Origin: Minisyncoccota bacterium
Lineage (GTDB): Bacteria; Patescibacteriota; Minisyncoccia; Phycocordibacterales; UBA9973
NCBI GenBank assembly: GCA_942491275.1
Contig: CALNZI010000009.1
Coordinates: forward strand, 21,938 to 85,937
Direction: 5' to 3'
DNA length: 64,000 nucleotides
Made by a program: the position numbers and the translations under genes. Under the pieces are notes generated by a model that saw only the letters and a list, made by a program, of their open reading frames with translations, ran no database searches and was not told the DNA's origin. This document shows positions 8,201 to 16,567 of the stretch, in pieces (the first letter of the stretch is position 1; every line of letters begins with the position of its first letter).

Positions 8201-10036
8201 ATGTGTGGAATTATTGGATACATTGGAAAGAGAGAAGCTTTACCAATTATAATTAAAGGACTTCAGCGATTAGAGTATCGTGGCTATGATTCAGCTGGGG
8301 TGGCTCTTCTGGATGAACAAATGAATGTTTTTAAAAAAAGGGGAAAAGTTGAAGAACTTATAAAATTTACAAAAAATAATCCTCCGAAGGGAACCATCGG
8401 TATAGGTCATACTCGTTGGGCAACTCACGGAGAACCCTCAGATAGAAATGCTCACCCCCATCTTTCGGAGTCTGGGTCTCTTGCCATTATCCATAATGGA
8501 ATTATTGAAAATTATATTGTGTTAAAAAAAGCCCTAGAAAAAGAAGAACAAAAATTTATTAGTGAAACAGACACAGAGGTGCTTGCTCATCTTATTGAAA
8601 CCATAAAAGAAAAAGATAATTTAACAACAGAAGAAGCTGTGAGAGGGGCCCTCTCAAGAGTGATTGGAGCCTACGCCATAGTGGTTCTTGATGAGAAAGA
8701 CCCAGATACTTTAATAGTAGCACGGAAAGGAAGCCCTCTTGTTGTTGGGATTGGGAAACAAGAATTTTTTATTGCATCAGATGCTTCCCCTATTATTGAA
8801 TATACAAAAAGTGTTATTTATCTTGAAGAGGGGCAAATGGCGGTAATTAAACGTACTGGTGAATTCTTATTAAAAACTATTGATGGGGCGACGGCGACTC
8901 CTTTTATAGAAGAACTTACAATCGAAGCAGAGGCACTTGAAAAAGAAGGTTACGATCATTACATGCAAAAAGAAATTTTTGGGCAGACTCAAACTATTAA
9001 AGATGCTCTCCGAGGTCATATTCTTTCCGACAATAGCGTTCATCTTCGTGGGATGGAAGAAATGATGGAAGGTTTCACAAAAGCAAAAAGAATAATTATT
9101 ACAGCTTGTGGAACTTCTTGGATTTCTGGTCTTGTCGGTGAATATTTGATAGAACAATTGGCTCGTATTCCAGTGGAAGTGGAATATGCATCAGAATTTA
9201 GATATCGAAATCCAATTTTAAACAAAGATGATATAGTTATTGCAATTTCTCAATCAGGAGAGACGGCAGATACTTTGGCTGCAATAAATTTAGCTAAAAA
9301 ATCAGGAGCACTTATCTATGGAATCTCTAATGTTGTTGGATCGTCCATTTCTCGGCTATCAGATTCTGGCTCCTATATACATGTTGGTCCAGAGATTGGA
9401 GTTGCTTCCACTAAAGCCTTTACAGGACAAGTGGCGATACTATCTCTTATGGCTCTTCTTTTAGCAAAAAGAGAGGGAACGCTTTCTGAAGATAGATATA
9501 AAGAGCTGGTGGATTCTTTGGATTCAATAGCTAGTCATGTAGGGAAAATATTAAAAGAAGAAAGTAAAATTATAAAAATTGCAGAAATTTTAAAAAATAA
9601 AAATAATGCCTTATTTCTTGGAAGAGGAATTTTATTCCCCGTTGCTTTAGAGGGAGCTTTAAAATTGAAAGAAATTTCATATATTCATGCTGAGGGATAT
9701 CCGGCTGCTGAAATGAAGCACGGGCCCATTGCATTGGTTGAAAAAGATTTTCCAGTTATTGTGGTTGCCACTAACAATGAAATGATTGAGAAAGTGATTT
9801 CTAATGTTCAAGAAGTTAAAGCCAGAGGAGCTTTGACCATTGGAATTATTCGTGAAGGAAATGAAGAGATTAAGAAAAATTTTGATTATACAGTTGAGAT
9901 TCCAAATGTACCAGATGAATGGATGCCAATTCTTTCAGTTATACCTTTGCAATTATTGGCATATCATACAGCCGTTATCCGTGAGTTGGATGTTGATAAG
10001 CCTCGGAACTTAGCTAAGAGTGTAACGGTAGAGTAA
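8201..10036 (+). CDS. glmS: Glutamine--fructose-6-phosphate aminotransferase
   Basis: N-terminal MCGIIGY nucleophile, two SIS domains, C-terminal KSVTVE. Confidence 0.97.
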   Translation: MCGIIGYIGKREALPIIIKGLQRLEYRGYDSAGVALLDEQMNVFKKRGKVEELIKFTKNNPPKGTIGIGHTRWATHGEPSDRNAHPHLSESGSLAIIHNGIIENYIVLKKALEKEEQKFISETDTEVLAHLIETIKEKDNLTTEEAVRGALSRVIGAYAIVVLDEKDPDTLIVARKGSPLVVGIGKQEFFIASDASPIIEYTKSVIYLEEGQMAVIKRTGEFLLKTIDGATATPFIEELTIEAEALEKEGYDHYMQKEIFGQTQTIKDALRGHILSDNSVHLRGMEEMMEGFTKAKRIIITACGTSWISGLVGEYLIEQLARIPVEVEYASEFRYRNPILNKDDIVIAISQSGETADTLAAINLAKKSGALIYGISNVVGSSISRLSDSGSYIHVGPEIGVASTKAFTGQVAILSLMALLLAKREGTLSEDRYKELVDSLDSIASHVGKILKEESKIIKIAEILKNKNNALFLGRGILFPVALEGALKLKEISYIHAEGYPAAEMKHGPIALVEKDFPVIVVATNNEMIEKVISNVQEVKARGALTIGIIREGNEEIKKNFDYTVEIPNVPDEWMPILSVIPLQLLAYHTAVIRELDVDKPRNLAKSVTVE

Positions 10037-10048
10037 TAAATAAAATAT

Positions 10049-10085
10049 AAAAAAACCAGCAAATATTATTTACTGGTTTTTTTTG
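10049..10085. terminator. Bidirectional terminator between glmS and the NYN gene
   Basis: ACCAG...CTGGT stem flanked by an A-run and a T-run. Confidence 0.7.
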
Positions 10086-10087
10086 TG

Positions 10088-10594
10088 TTATCTCATTAAA
10101 TATTTTTGTGGGCTTTCGGAGAGATCAAGGAAATCGTCTGCTACTTCTCTTAACTTTCCCGAAGTGGATTTACCAAAAGAGACAACTTCTACTTGAACTC
10201 CTGATTGAGATTGTAAATATTCGATTAGAGGAACGAAATCTCCATCTCCCGCAACTAAGACAACGGCATCCAACTTAGGAGCCATTTTGATTGCTTCAAC
10301 GGAGATACCCACATCCCAGTCCCCTTTTTTTGCTCCACCTGAAAATACTTGAAGATCTTTTGTTCTAGTTTCGATTCCAAGCTTAGTTAGGGCGTTGAAA
10401 AAATTCTTCTCGTCCCCTCCTTCGGATGTTATTACGTAGGCGATACAACGGACCAATCTTCGTCCAGCCAAAGCTTCTTTTAGAACTGCTCCAAAATTAA
10501 CTTTCCTTTTATATAGATTTTTTGCGCTGTGGTATAAATTTGCTGTGTCTATAAAAACCCCAACCCTCTGTTCTTTGTGTTTTATAATACTCAT
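10088..10594 (-). CDS. NYN/LabA-like domain protein
   Basis: VGVFIDTANLYHSAK ... VLVAGDGDFVPLIEYL pattern of PIN-like NYN/LabA proteins. Confidence 0.7.
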   Translation of the reverse strand: MSIIKHKEQRVGVFIDTANLYHSAKNLYKRKVNFGAVLKEALAGRRLVRCIAYVITSEGGDEKNFFNALTKLGIETRTKDLQVFSGGAKKGDWDVGISVEAIKMAPKLDAVVLVAGDGDFVPLIEYLQSQSGVQVEVVSFGKSTSGKLREVADDFLDLSESPQKYLMR

Positions 10595-10759
10595 ATTATT
10601 TGTTTGTCTCGCTAATTTAATTTTACGAGATTATTAAAATGTTTACTTGAAAAATTTTTCAAGATTTATTATTAAAAATGACCCTCTATACTTATAATAC
10701 TCTTTTTATTAAATTTTACTAATTAATAAAATGACCTCGATTTTACTCGAGGAACATTT

Positions 10760-11020
10760 TTAAGCTTTTATTTTCTTTAATTCAGCTGCGTGGCGAGGTT
10801 TATCTGTTTTTTCTAGGTATTTAAGATGTTTTCGGCGATCAGCAACCATCTTAATTAAACCACGTCGAGAATGGTTGTCTTTTTTATGTTCTTTCAAATG
10901 CCCCGCTAATTCATCAATCTTCTTACTTAGAATCGCGATTTGTACTTCAGGACTTCCTGTATCTTTGTCATGAATTTGGCTTTTCTTTATTACATTTTTC
11001 TTTACTTTTGTTGTTAACAT
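10760..11020 (-). CDS. rpsO: 30S ribosomal protein S15
   Basis: GSPEVQIAILSKKIDELAGHLKEHKKDNHSRRGLIKMVADRRKHLKYL. Start set at MLTTKVKK. Confidence 0.9.
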   Translation of the reverse strand: MLTTKVKKNVIKKSQIHDKDTGSPEVQIAILSKKIDELAGHLKEHKKDNHSRRGLIKMVADRRKHLKYLEKTDKPRHAAELKKIKA

Positions 11021-11194
11021 GATTGGTGCATAATAGCACAAAGTATAAAATAATGCAAATGATTAAAGCCTTTCTTTCAATAGCTTATATGTAGATATCT
11101 CTCATTAATTTTTATTAGATCTCCAGTTTTTATTCTTTTTAGTTATCCACATTCTTTAGTTGACTAAAGTACTTTAGTTTGATAAAGTAGAAAT

Positions 11195-11542
11195 ATGAGA
11201 GAAAAAGATATCGTAAAAAAAGAAATAGATTGGGAAACAAAGGAAAATAATCAGTTGATTCAAGCTTTTTTATCTTTTGAAAATAAAGATGAAGCCCAGC
11301 GTTTTTTACGTGATCTTATGACTGAAGGAGAAATTAAAGAATTTGCTCGTCGTTTCGAAGCTGCTCGCCTACTGATTAGAGATACTCAATATTGTGCAAT
11401 TATAGAAAAAACAGGGTTATCCTCTACGACAATTGCTCGTATTTCTAAATGGCTTAAAGGTCCGCTTGGTGGCTATCGTTTAATTTTAAATAAATTGCAT
11501 CATACTCATTCCTCAAATTTCACCAGGAAAGGGTTGTCTTGA
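11195..11542 (+). CDS. TrpR/YerC-YecD-family DNA-binding protein
   Basis: LRDLMTEGEIKEFARRFEAARLL...GLSSTTIARISKWL matches the Trp-repressor-like fold family. TTGACT-N17-TAAAGT plus 6 nt lies upstream. Confidence 0.7.
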   Translation: MREKDIVKKEIDWETKENNQLIQAFLSFENKDEAQRFLRDLMTEGEIKEFARRFEAARLLIRDTQYCAIIEKTGLSSTTIARISKWLKGPLGGYRLILNKLHHTHSSNFTRKGLS

Positions 11543-11573
11543 TATATTTAATTATTTTTATTTATAAAGCTAA

Positions 11574-11598
11574 CCCCTTCCTGGAGGAAGGGGTTTTG
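11574..11598 (+). terminator. Intrinsic terminator
   Basis: CCCCTTCC tgga GGAAGGGG followed by TTTT. Confidence 0.85.
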
Positions 11599-11715
11599 AT
11601 TTGTATACCTTTAAAACGACAAATCTTAAAATTTGTTCTTTAAAAAATAAATAAGATGAAAAAATGGCTCAATTATTCTTCTTTGGGTGGGGCTGGTCCT
11701 CATATAATTCAAAAA

Positions 11716-11745
11716 ACAAGGAGAGAATCTCTCCTTGTTTTTATT
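11716..11745 (+). terminator. Strong orphan intrinsic terminator
   Basis: ACAAGGAGAG aat CTCTCCTTGT (10 bp) followed by TTTTATT. No annotated gene lies between it and the previous terminator. Confidence 0.7.
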
Positions 11746-11783
11746 AATTTAATTTAATTTTGTTTAATCTAAAAATTTTTAAA

Positions 11784-12563
11784 ATGCTACCACAGACAAT
11801 TAAAGTAATGAAAAAATTAAGAGAAATAAATAGATTTCTTGAGAATGCAGCAAAGATAAATGAATTTGTTGATGAGTATTTAGATCAATGCTTACTTTAT
11901 AACAAACCTGTTGTTATAATTAGTCCTTGGTCTTTGTCTTTTCGTTTTAAAGAGAGATATTTACTTCAAGGAAACAAATTTATTTCAACTAAAAAGGAAA
12001 TTAATTTATTTAGTAAAGAAATTCCATTGATTGTAAGGGTGTTAGAAGAAAATGGATTTACCGTTGAGTGGTGGTTAGTTTTTTCTCGAGCATATCTTGA
12101 TTCTAGGTTACTCCCTGAGAAAATAGAGAGAGAGTATGCCGGAATAGTTAATGATCTTATTGATAAGTATAATACACCAATAGCAACAATTAATTGGGAG
12201 GATGATGTTATTACTAAACGACACACACCTGATAAAAATTTATTGGATAATATTAACTTTAATAATTTAATTCCAAAAAAAGATTTTTATTATGAATTAG
12301 ACAGATGGAGTAATTGGGTGAAACAGGAAAAAATTGATATTTCTCAAGATGAACTTTTCGAACAAACAAAATATCAAATAATGTGTGAAGCAGAAGAAGG
12401 AAGGTTTCTAATGGAAGATAGAGGTAACCCCCTTTGTAAGCCAGGAGATTTTTTATTTTTTGTATTAGGAAGAATTGAGAGATATACATTTTTTTCAACA
12501 TTGGTTTTAAGTTTTAAGAAACGGATAGTGTGCGTATTGAAGCCATACCCATGGAGATTGTAA
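11784..12563 (+). CDS. Hypothetical protein (~260 aa)
   Basis: Intact ORF followed by a terminator. Start uncertain (TTG 11760, ATG 11784 or ATG 11808). No confident motif. Confidence 0.5.
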   Translation: MLPQTIKVMKKLREINRFLENAAKINEFVDEYLDQCLLYNKPVVIISPWSLSFRFKERYLLQGNKFISTKKEINLFSKEIPLIVRVLEENGFTVEWWLVFSRAYLDSRLLPEKIEREYAGIVNDLIDKYNTPIATINWEDDVITKRHTPDKNLLDNINFNNLIPKKDFYYELDRWSNWVKQEKIDISQDELFEQTKYQIMCEAEEGRFLMEDRGNPLCKPGDFLFFVLGRIERYTFFSTLVLSFKKRIVCVLKPYPWRL

Positions 12564-12635
12564 AAAAATCCCTTAATTTAAATTAAGGGATTTTTATTTT
12601 GCGACATTAGAGCCAGGAGGTGATATAATATATAG

Positions 12636-13610
12636 GTGGCTACTCAAATAGAACAATTAAAGAGAGAATTCCTGGAACATGTGGAAATTGAGAAAGGAAA
12701 TAGCCTAAAAACGGTTAATAACTATGATTATTATCTTTCTCGTTTTTTTAAATTTACAAAAATATCAAATGTGAAGGAAATAACAGATGATAGAATTCGA
12801 GAGTTTCGTCTTTATTTAAATCGTCAGCCGGGAGTTAAAATCAGAGGACAGCAGTCTAGTACGTTAAAGAAAAATACTCAGAATTACCATTTGATTGCTC
12901 TTCGTTCTTTTCTTAAATATTTAATGAAGCGAGAGATACCAGCCCTCTCCCCTGACCGAATTGATTTGGCTAAAATAAAAGAAAGATCTTTGGATTTAAT
13001 TTCTACAGATGAATTGAAGCGTCTTTTAAATGCACCCAATGAAGTTCTCAAGACGTTGGACGTCGAAATACTCGGACGTCCAACGTCTGAAAAAAGTTCG
13101 ACTTTGAAAAGACAGAAAATTTTACGGGACAGAGCAATTTTAGAATTATTTTTTTCAACAGGGCTTCGTCTTTCAGAACTCTGCTCCCTTGATAGAGATT
13201 TAGATTTATCAAAGGATGAATTCTCCGTTCGAGGAAAAGGAGAAAAGGTTCGTGTAGTTTTTCTTTCTAGTTCAGCCAAAGATGCCATTCGTGAATATTT
13301 AAAAGCCCGAAAAGATATGGATGAGCCTTTGTTTGTTCAGTATTCTAGGAATGTTGGGAAAGCTAATCGTCTAACTCCTCGATCCATCGAGAGGATAGTT
13401 AAGTATTATGCCATTGTTGCTGGTATTTCTAAAAAAGTTACACCCCACGTGATTCGACACTCTTTTGCCACAGACCTTCTTTCTAATGGAGCCGATATCC
13501 GTTCAGTTCAGATGATGCTAGGTCATGCTAATATTGCAACAACTCAAATTTATACCCATGTCACCGATAAACAACTTCGTGATGTGCATAAAAAATTTCA
13601 TAGTGAATAA
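12636..13610 (+). CDS. xerC: Tyrosine recombinase XerC/XerD family, with a ~20-aa insertion
   Basis: SAM-like N-terminal domain. Catalytic region RDRAILELFFSTGLRLSEL ... HVIRHSFATDLL ... LGHANIATTQIYTHV. GTG start 6 nt after TGaTATAAT. Confidence 0.9.
   Translation: MATQIEQLKREFLEHVEIEKGNSLKTVNNYDYYLSRFFKFTKISNVKEITDDRIREFRLYLNRQPGVKIRGQQSSTLKKNTQNYHLIALRSFLKYLMKREIPALSPDRIDLAKIKERSLDLISTDELKRLLNAPNEVLKTLDVEILGRPTSEKSSTLKRQKILRDRAILELFFSTGLRLSELCSLDRDLDLSKDEFSVRGKGEKVRVVFLSSSAKDAIREYLKARKDMDEPLFVQYSRNVGKANRLTPRSIERIVKYYAIVAGISKKVTPHVIRHSFATDLLSNGADIRSVQMMLGHANIATTQIYTHVTDKQLRDVHKKFHSE
13051..13088. repeat. Perfect 14-bp-arm GC-rich palindrome inside the xerC coding sequence
   Basis: AGACGTTGGACGTC gaaatactcg GACGTCCAACGTCT. 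It encodes part of the extra KTLDVEILGRPTS segment. Confidence 0.85.
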
Positions 13611-13618
13611 TTTGTGAA

Positions 13619-13711
13619 ATAAAAATACAAAAATTTTCTGAGTAGGTGTGGGCGCGCACTCTGACCTTAGCTGGAGTAGGGATAAGTGAAGATAAATTTT
13701 TATATTTTTAT
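13619..13711 (+). repeat. Copy B of the three-copy ~95-nt element
   Basis: ataaaaatacaaaaatttt-CTGAGTAGGTGTGGGCGCGC-[ACTCTG accttagc TGGAGT]-AGGGATAAGTGAAGATA-aaatttttatatttttat. Confidence 0.65.
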
Positions 13712-13741
13712 GGAATAAAGACTAATGTTATACTACATAAT

Positions 13742-14515
13742 ATGCGAATTATTTCTTGGAACACAAATGGATTAAGGGCAACAGCAAAGCAAGGGAATTT
13801 CATTCCCCTTTTCGCTTTTAATAATGCCGATATTGTTTGTTTCCAGGAAACAAAGGTGGAACCGGATCAACTCACTGAAGAAGTTCGTAATTTAAAAGGG
13901 TATCATTCTTATTTTTCATACTCAAAATTAAGAAAGGGTTATAGTGGTGTAGCCATCTATTCAAAAAAAGAACCAGAAAAAGTTGAATATGGAATGGGAA
14001 TTAAAAAATTTGATGATGAAGGACGACTAGTTGTTGCCTATTATAAAAATTTTGTTTTAATAAATGGTTACTTCCCCAATGGAGGAAGTGGTCCAGATAG
14101 ATTGGAATACAAATTAGAATTTTATGATGCATTTTTAAAATTTATAAATAAATTAAAGAAGAAAGGCAAAAATGTTATTTTTTGCGGAGATGTGAATACA
14201 GCTCACGAAGAAATTGATTTAGCTCGTCCGAAAGCCAATGAAAAAAATACGGGATTTTTACCAATTGAAAGAGCTTGGTTAGATGAAGTTGTAAATAATG
14301 GATGGGTTGATGTTTTCCGTCATTTTTATCCAAATAAAAAAGATGCTTATACTTATTGGGATCAAAAAACTCGTTCTCGAGATAGAAACGTGGGTTGGCG
14401 CATAGATTATTTCTTTGCTAATCAAAGTTTTATGAATAGGGTTAAATCCACCAAAATGCTGACCGATTACCTAGGTTCAGACCATTGCCCTATAATGATT
14501 GAGTTAAAAAAATAA
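13742..14515 (+). CDS. xth: Exodeoxyribonuclease III (AP endonuclease)
   Basis: MRIISWNTNGLR, CFQETK, GDVNTAHEEIDL, WRIDYFF and SDHCPI motifs. Start set at 13742 (TGtTATACT plus 7 nt). The ORF-track start at 13646 reads through the repeat core. Confidence 0.92.
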   Translation: MRIISWNTNGLRATAKQGNFIPLFAFNNADIVCFQETKVEPDQLTEEVRNLKGYHSYFSYSKLRKGYSGVAIYSKKEPEKVEYGMGIKKFDDEGRLVVAYYKNFVLINGYFPNGGSGPDRLEYKLEFYDAFLKFINKLKKKGKNVIFCGDVNTAHEEIDLARPKANEKNTGFLPIERAWLDEVVNNGWVDVFRHFYPNKKDAYTYWDQKTRSRDRNVGWRIDYFFANQSFMNRVKSTKMLTDYLGSDHCPIMIELKK

Positions 14516-14538
14516 CCCTGGAAAGATAATTTCCAAGA

Positions 14539-16122
14539 TTATTTTTTTACTCCGTGTTTAGAATGTAATTTATTTATTTCTTTTTGCTCAAGACTTTCTT
14601 TCTTCTCAATTCCCTTTTCTCCTAGAGCTTTCAATTCTTTATCTCCAAGTAAATCTAGTGATTTAACCAGTTCGAGTAAATGCTCCTCGGTGTTTTTGGT
14701 TGGATCATCTAATGCTTCTTCTAGTAAAGCATGTAAAATCCACCCCATACGTGGTCCTGGTTTCATGTGTAACGTCTTTATTAGTGTTTCACCGTTTACT
14801 TTCAGTTGTCCGACAGAAATTGGGTCATGTAACACTTCTTCAATCATGGCGTGATATTTACGTAAACGATAGGGAGCTTCTTTTTTCTTCATTCCTACTC
14901 TATCTGCTTCTCGAACTGTCATTAAATCCCAAACATGGTCTTTCCCTACTTTTCGAACAACACGACGAACGGCGGATAGAGTAATTTGTTCAGTATCGGA
15001 GAAAAACATATGATTTCTAACCATTGAAACCACAAAATCTGTTGATTTTTTGGGAAACTTAAGACGATCCATAATTTTTTGGACCATTCGAGCCCCAACT
15101 ACTTCATGGCCATAGAAAGTAAAGGCTTTTTTGACCCCCTTGCGACGTGACCTCGGTTTTCCAATGTCGTGAAACAGAGAAGCTAAACGTATTTCAGTTG
15201 GAAGACCTTTATTTGTAGCATGCTCAAGGGCTTGGAGGCAATGCTCAAAAACATCAAATATATGAGCTCCCCCTTGTTCACACCCAATTCCTTCTTCAAT
15301 TTCTGGGATTATATGTTTAAGGAGTCCTAACTTGGAAAGCATTCCTACACCGAGGGCGCTTTTATTTGACTCAATAATTTTAATGAACTCCTCCCTGATT
15401 CTTTCTTGGGAGATGTGTTTTAATAGATTAGAATTATCGTTGATGGCTTTCATTGTTTCATATGAAACGGCGAAGTCTAATTGAGCAGAAAATCTAACAG
15501 CTCGGAGCATTCTTAAGGCATCTTCTTGGAATCTTTCATTTGGATCATCTACGGCACGGATAACCTTGTCTTTTATGTCCGCTTGTCCTTTATAAAGGTC
15601 AATTAATTGTCCTTTATCGATATTATAGGCTAGTGCATTTATGGTAAAATCACGCCTTTTTAGGTCATCCTCTATTTTGTCGCTAAATTTGATTTCTTCT
15701 GGATGTCTAAAATCTTCATATTTTGACTCTACTCTATAGGGAGTGACTTCAACTATATAATATTTTGTTTCACCTGAAACACCTTCTTCCTTCCCCGAAC
15801 TCGGTTCAGAAGAAGTTTCATGTGTAATATCAGTCTCTGGCATATTGGGTGTTTCACATGTAACACTAGGTATATTCTCCTCTATAGGTAAGCATACCCC
15901 CACTGTCCCAAAGGTGTTTTCATAAACAGTTTTTTCGAATAAAGGCATTATTTCTTCTGGTTTTGCATTTGTTGTGATATCCCAGTCTTTTGGTTCTTTA
16001 TTAAGAATAAGATCTCGAACGCAACCACCAACCAGAAAAGCCTCGAATCCGGCTTTTTCGAGGGCTTCTGTTACATGTGTAACATAGGATGGAATTTTTT
16101 TATTGTTGATTTTTTGTACCAT
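14539..16122 (-). CDS. cca: CCA-adding tRNA nucleotidyltransferase with HD domain and an acidic/Ser-rich insertion
   Basis: GGCVRDLIL and RRDFTINA class-II nucleotidyltransferase motifs, HDIGK HD domain, and a ~45-aa insertion (IPSVTCETPNMPETDITHETSSEPSSGKEEGVSGET). Confidence 0.88.
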   Translation of the reverse strand: MVQKINNKKIPSYVTHVTEALEKAGFEAFLVGGCVRDLILNKEPKDWDITTNAKPEEIMPLFEKTVYENTFGTVGVCLPIEENIPSVTCETPNMPETDITHETSSEPSSGKEEGVSGETKYYIVEVTPYRVESKYEDFRHPEEIKFSDKIEDDLKRRDFTINALAYNIDKGQLIDLYKGQADIKDKVIRAVDDPNERFQEDALRMLRAVRFSAQLDFAVSYETMKAINDNSNLLKHISQERIREEFIKIIESNKSALGVGMLSKLGLLKHIIPEIEEGIGCEQGGAHIFDVFEHCLQALEHATNKGLPTEIRLASLFHDIGKPRSRRKGVKKAFTFYGHEVVGARMVQKIMDRLKFPKKSTDFVVSMVRNHMFFSDTEQITLSAVRRVVRKVGKDHVWDLMTVREADRVGMKKKEAPYRLRKYHAMIEEVLHDPISVGQLKVNGETLIKTLHMKPGPRMGWILHALLEEALDDPTKNTEEHLLELVKSLDLLGDKELKALGEKGIEKKESLEQKEINKLHSKHGVKK

Positions 16123-16226
16123 ATTAGTGTTTCTTTGTGATCACGAATATTTTTTTGGTGAAAAATTTCTTGATCTCGCCTCAGTACTGTAGTGCCTGTG
16201 GCTTGCACAAAGTATCCTATATTTTG

Positions 16227-16298
16227 TGCACCTAGAGGGATTCGAACCCCCAATAACGGTTCCGAAGACCGTCGTGATATCCATTTCACCATAGGTGC
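16227..16298 (-). tRNA. tRNA-Arg (anticodon UCG), CCA not encoded
   Basis: Hand-folded cloverleaf: GCACCTA/TAGGTGC acceptor, anticodon loop CTTCGGA, T arm GGGGG-TTCGAAT-CCCTC. 72 nt. Confidence 0.85.
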
Positions 16299-16397
16299 AG
16301 CATTAATTAATAACAGTGAAATTATATACTATTTTAGCAATATATCAAATAAATATTTAGCTTTATTTTATATAGATACTTTTAGGAAGACAAAAGA

Positions 16398-16426
16398 TTG
16401 CAATATGGAATTGGAATTAGTATAAT
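16398..16426 (+). promoter_or_regulatory. Promoter upstream of tRNA-Gly(GCC)
   Basis: TTGCAA (16398-16403), 17-nt spacer, TATAAT (16421-16426). Confidence 0.6.
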
Positions 16427-16492
16427 ACCCAATACTGATACGAAAAAAATATCTGAATGTAAGAATTTTTGTCGTCAGAAAAGCATAGTATT

Positions 16493-16563
16493 GCGGAATT
16501 GGTTTAGTGGTAGAACACGTCCTTGCCAAGGATGAGACAGGGGTTCGATTCCCCTATTCCGCA
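16493..16563 (+). tRNA. tRNA-Gly (anticodon GCC), CCA not encoded
   Basis: GCGGAAT/ATTCCGC acceptor, anticodon loop TTGCCAA, T arm AGGGG-TTCGATT-CCCCT. 71 nt. Confidence 0.9.
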
Positions 16564-16567
16564 CAAA

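Noticed and set aside
11143-11151. Perfect DnaA-box 9-mers (TTATCCACA at 11143-11151; its complement at 16790-16798) as a possible oriC.
   Set aside because: These are isolated single boxes 5.6 kb apart, with no cluster, no adjacent AT-rich unwinding element and no dnaA/dnaN nearby. This is compatible with chance.
11784-12563. Possible cyclodipeptide-synthase-like motif (VVIISPWSLSFRF resembling the GISPFNSRF motif I recall for CDPS).
   Set aside because: The conserved Gly is absent. The catalytic Y-x3-E spacing does not fit (Y-x4-E here). The rest of the sequence does not align by eye. It is kept as hypothetical; HHpred against the cyclodipeptide synthase family would settle it.
13646-13741. 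N-terminal 32 residues of the ORF-track xth call (MWARTLTLAGVGISEDKF...).
   Set aside because: This part reads through the GC-rich core of repeat copy B. The conserved ExoIII N-terminus MRIISWNTNG starts at 13742, right behind an extended -10 box.
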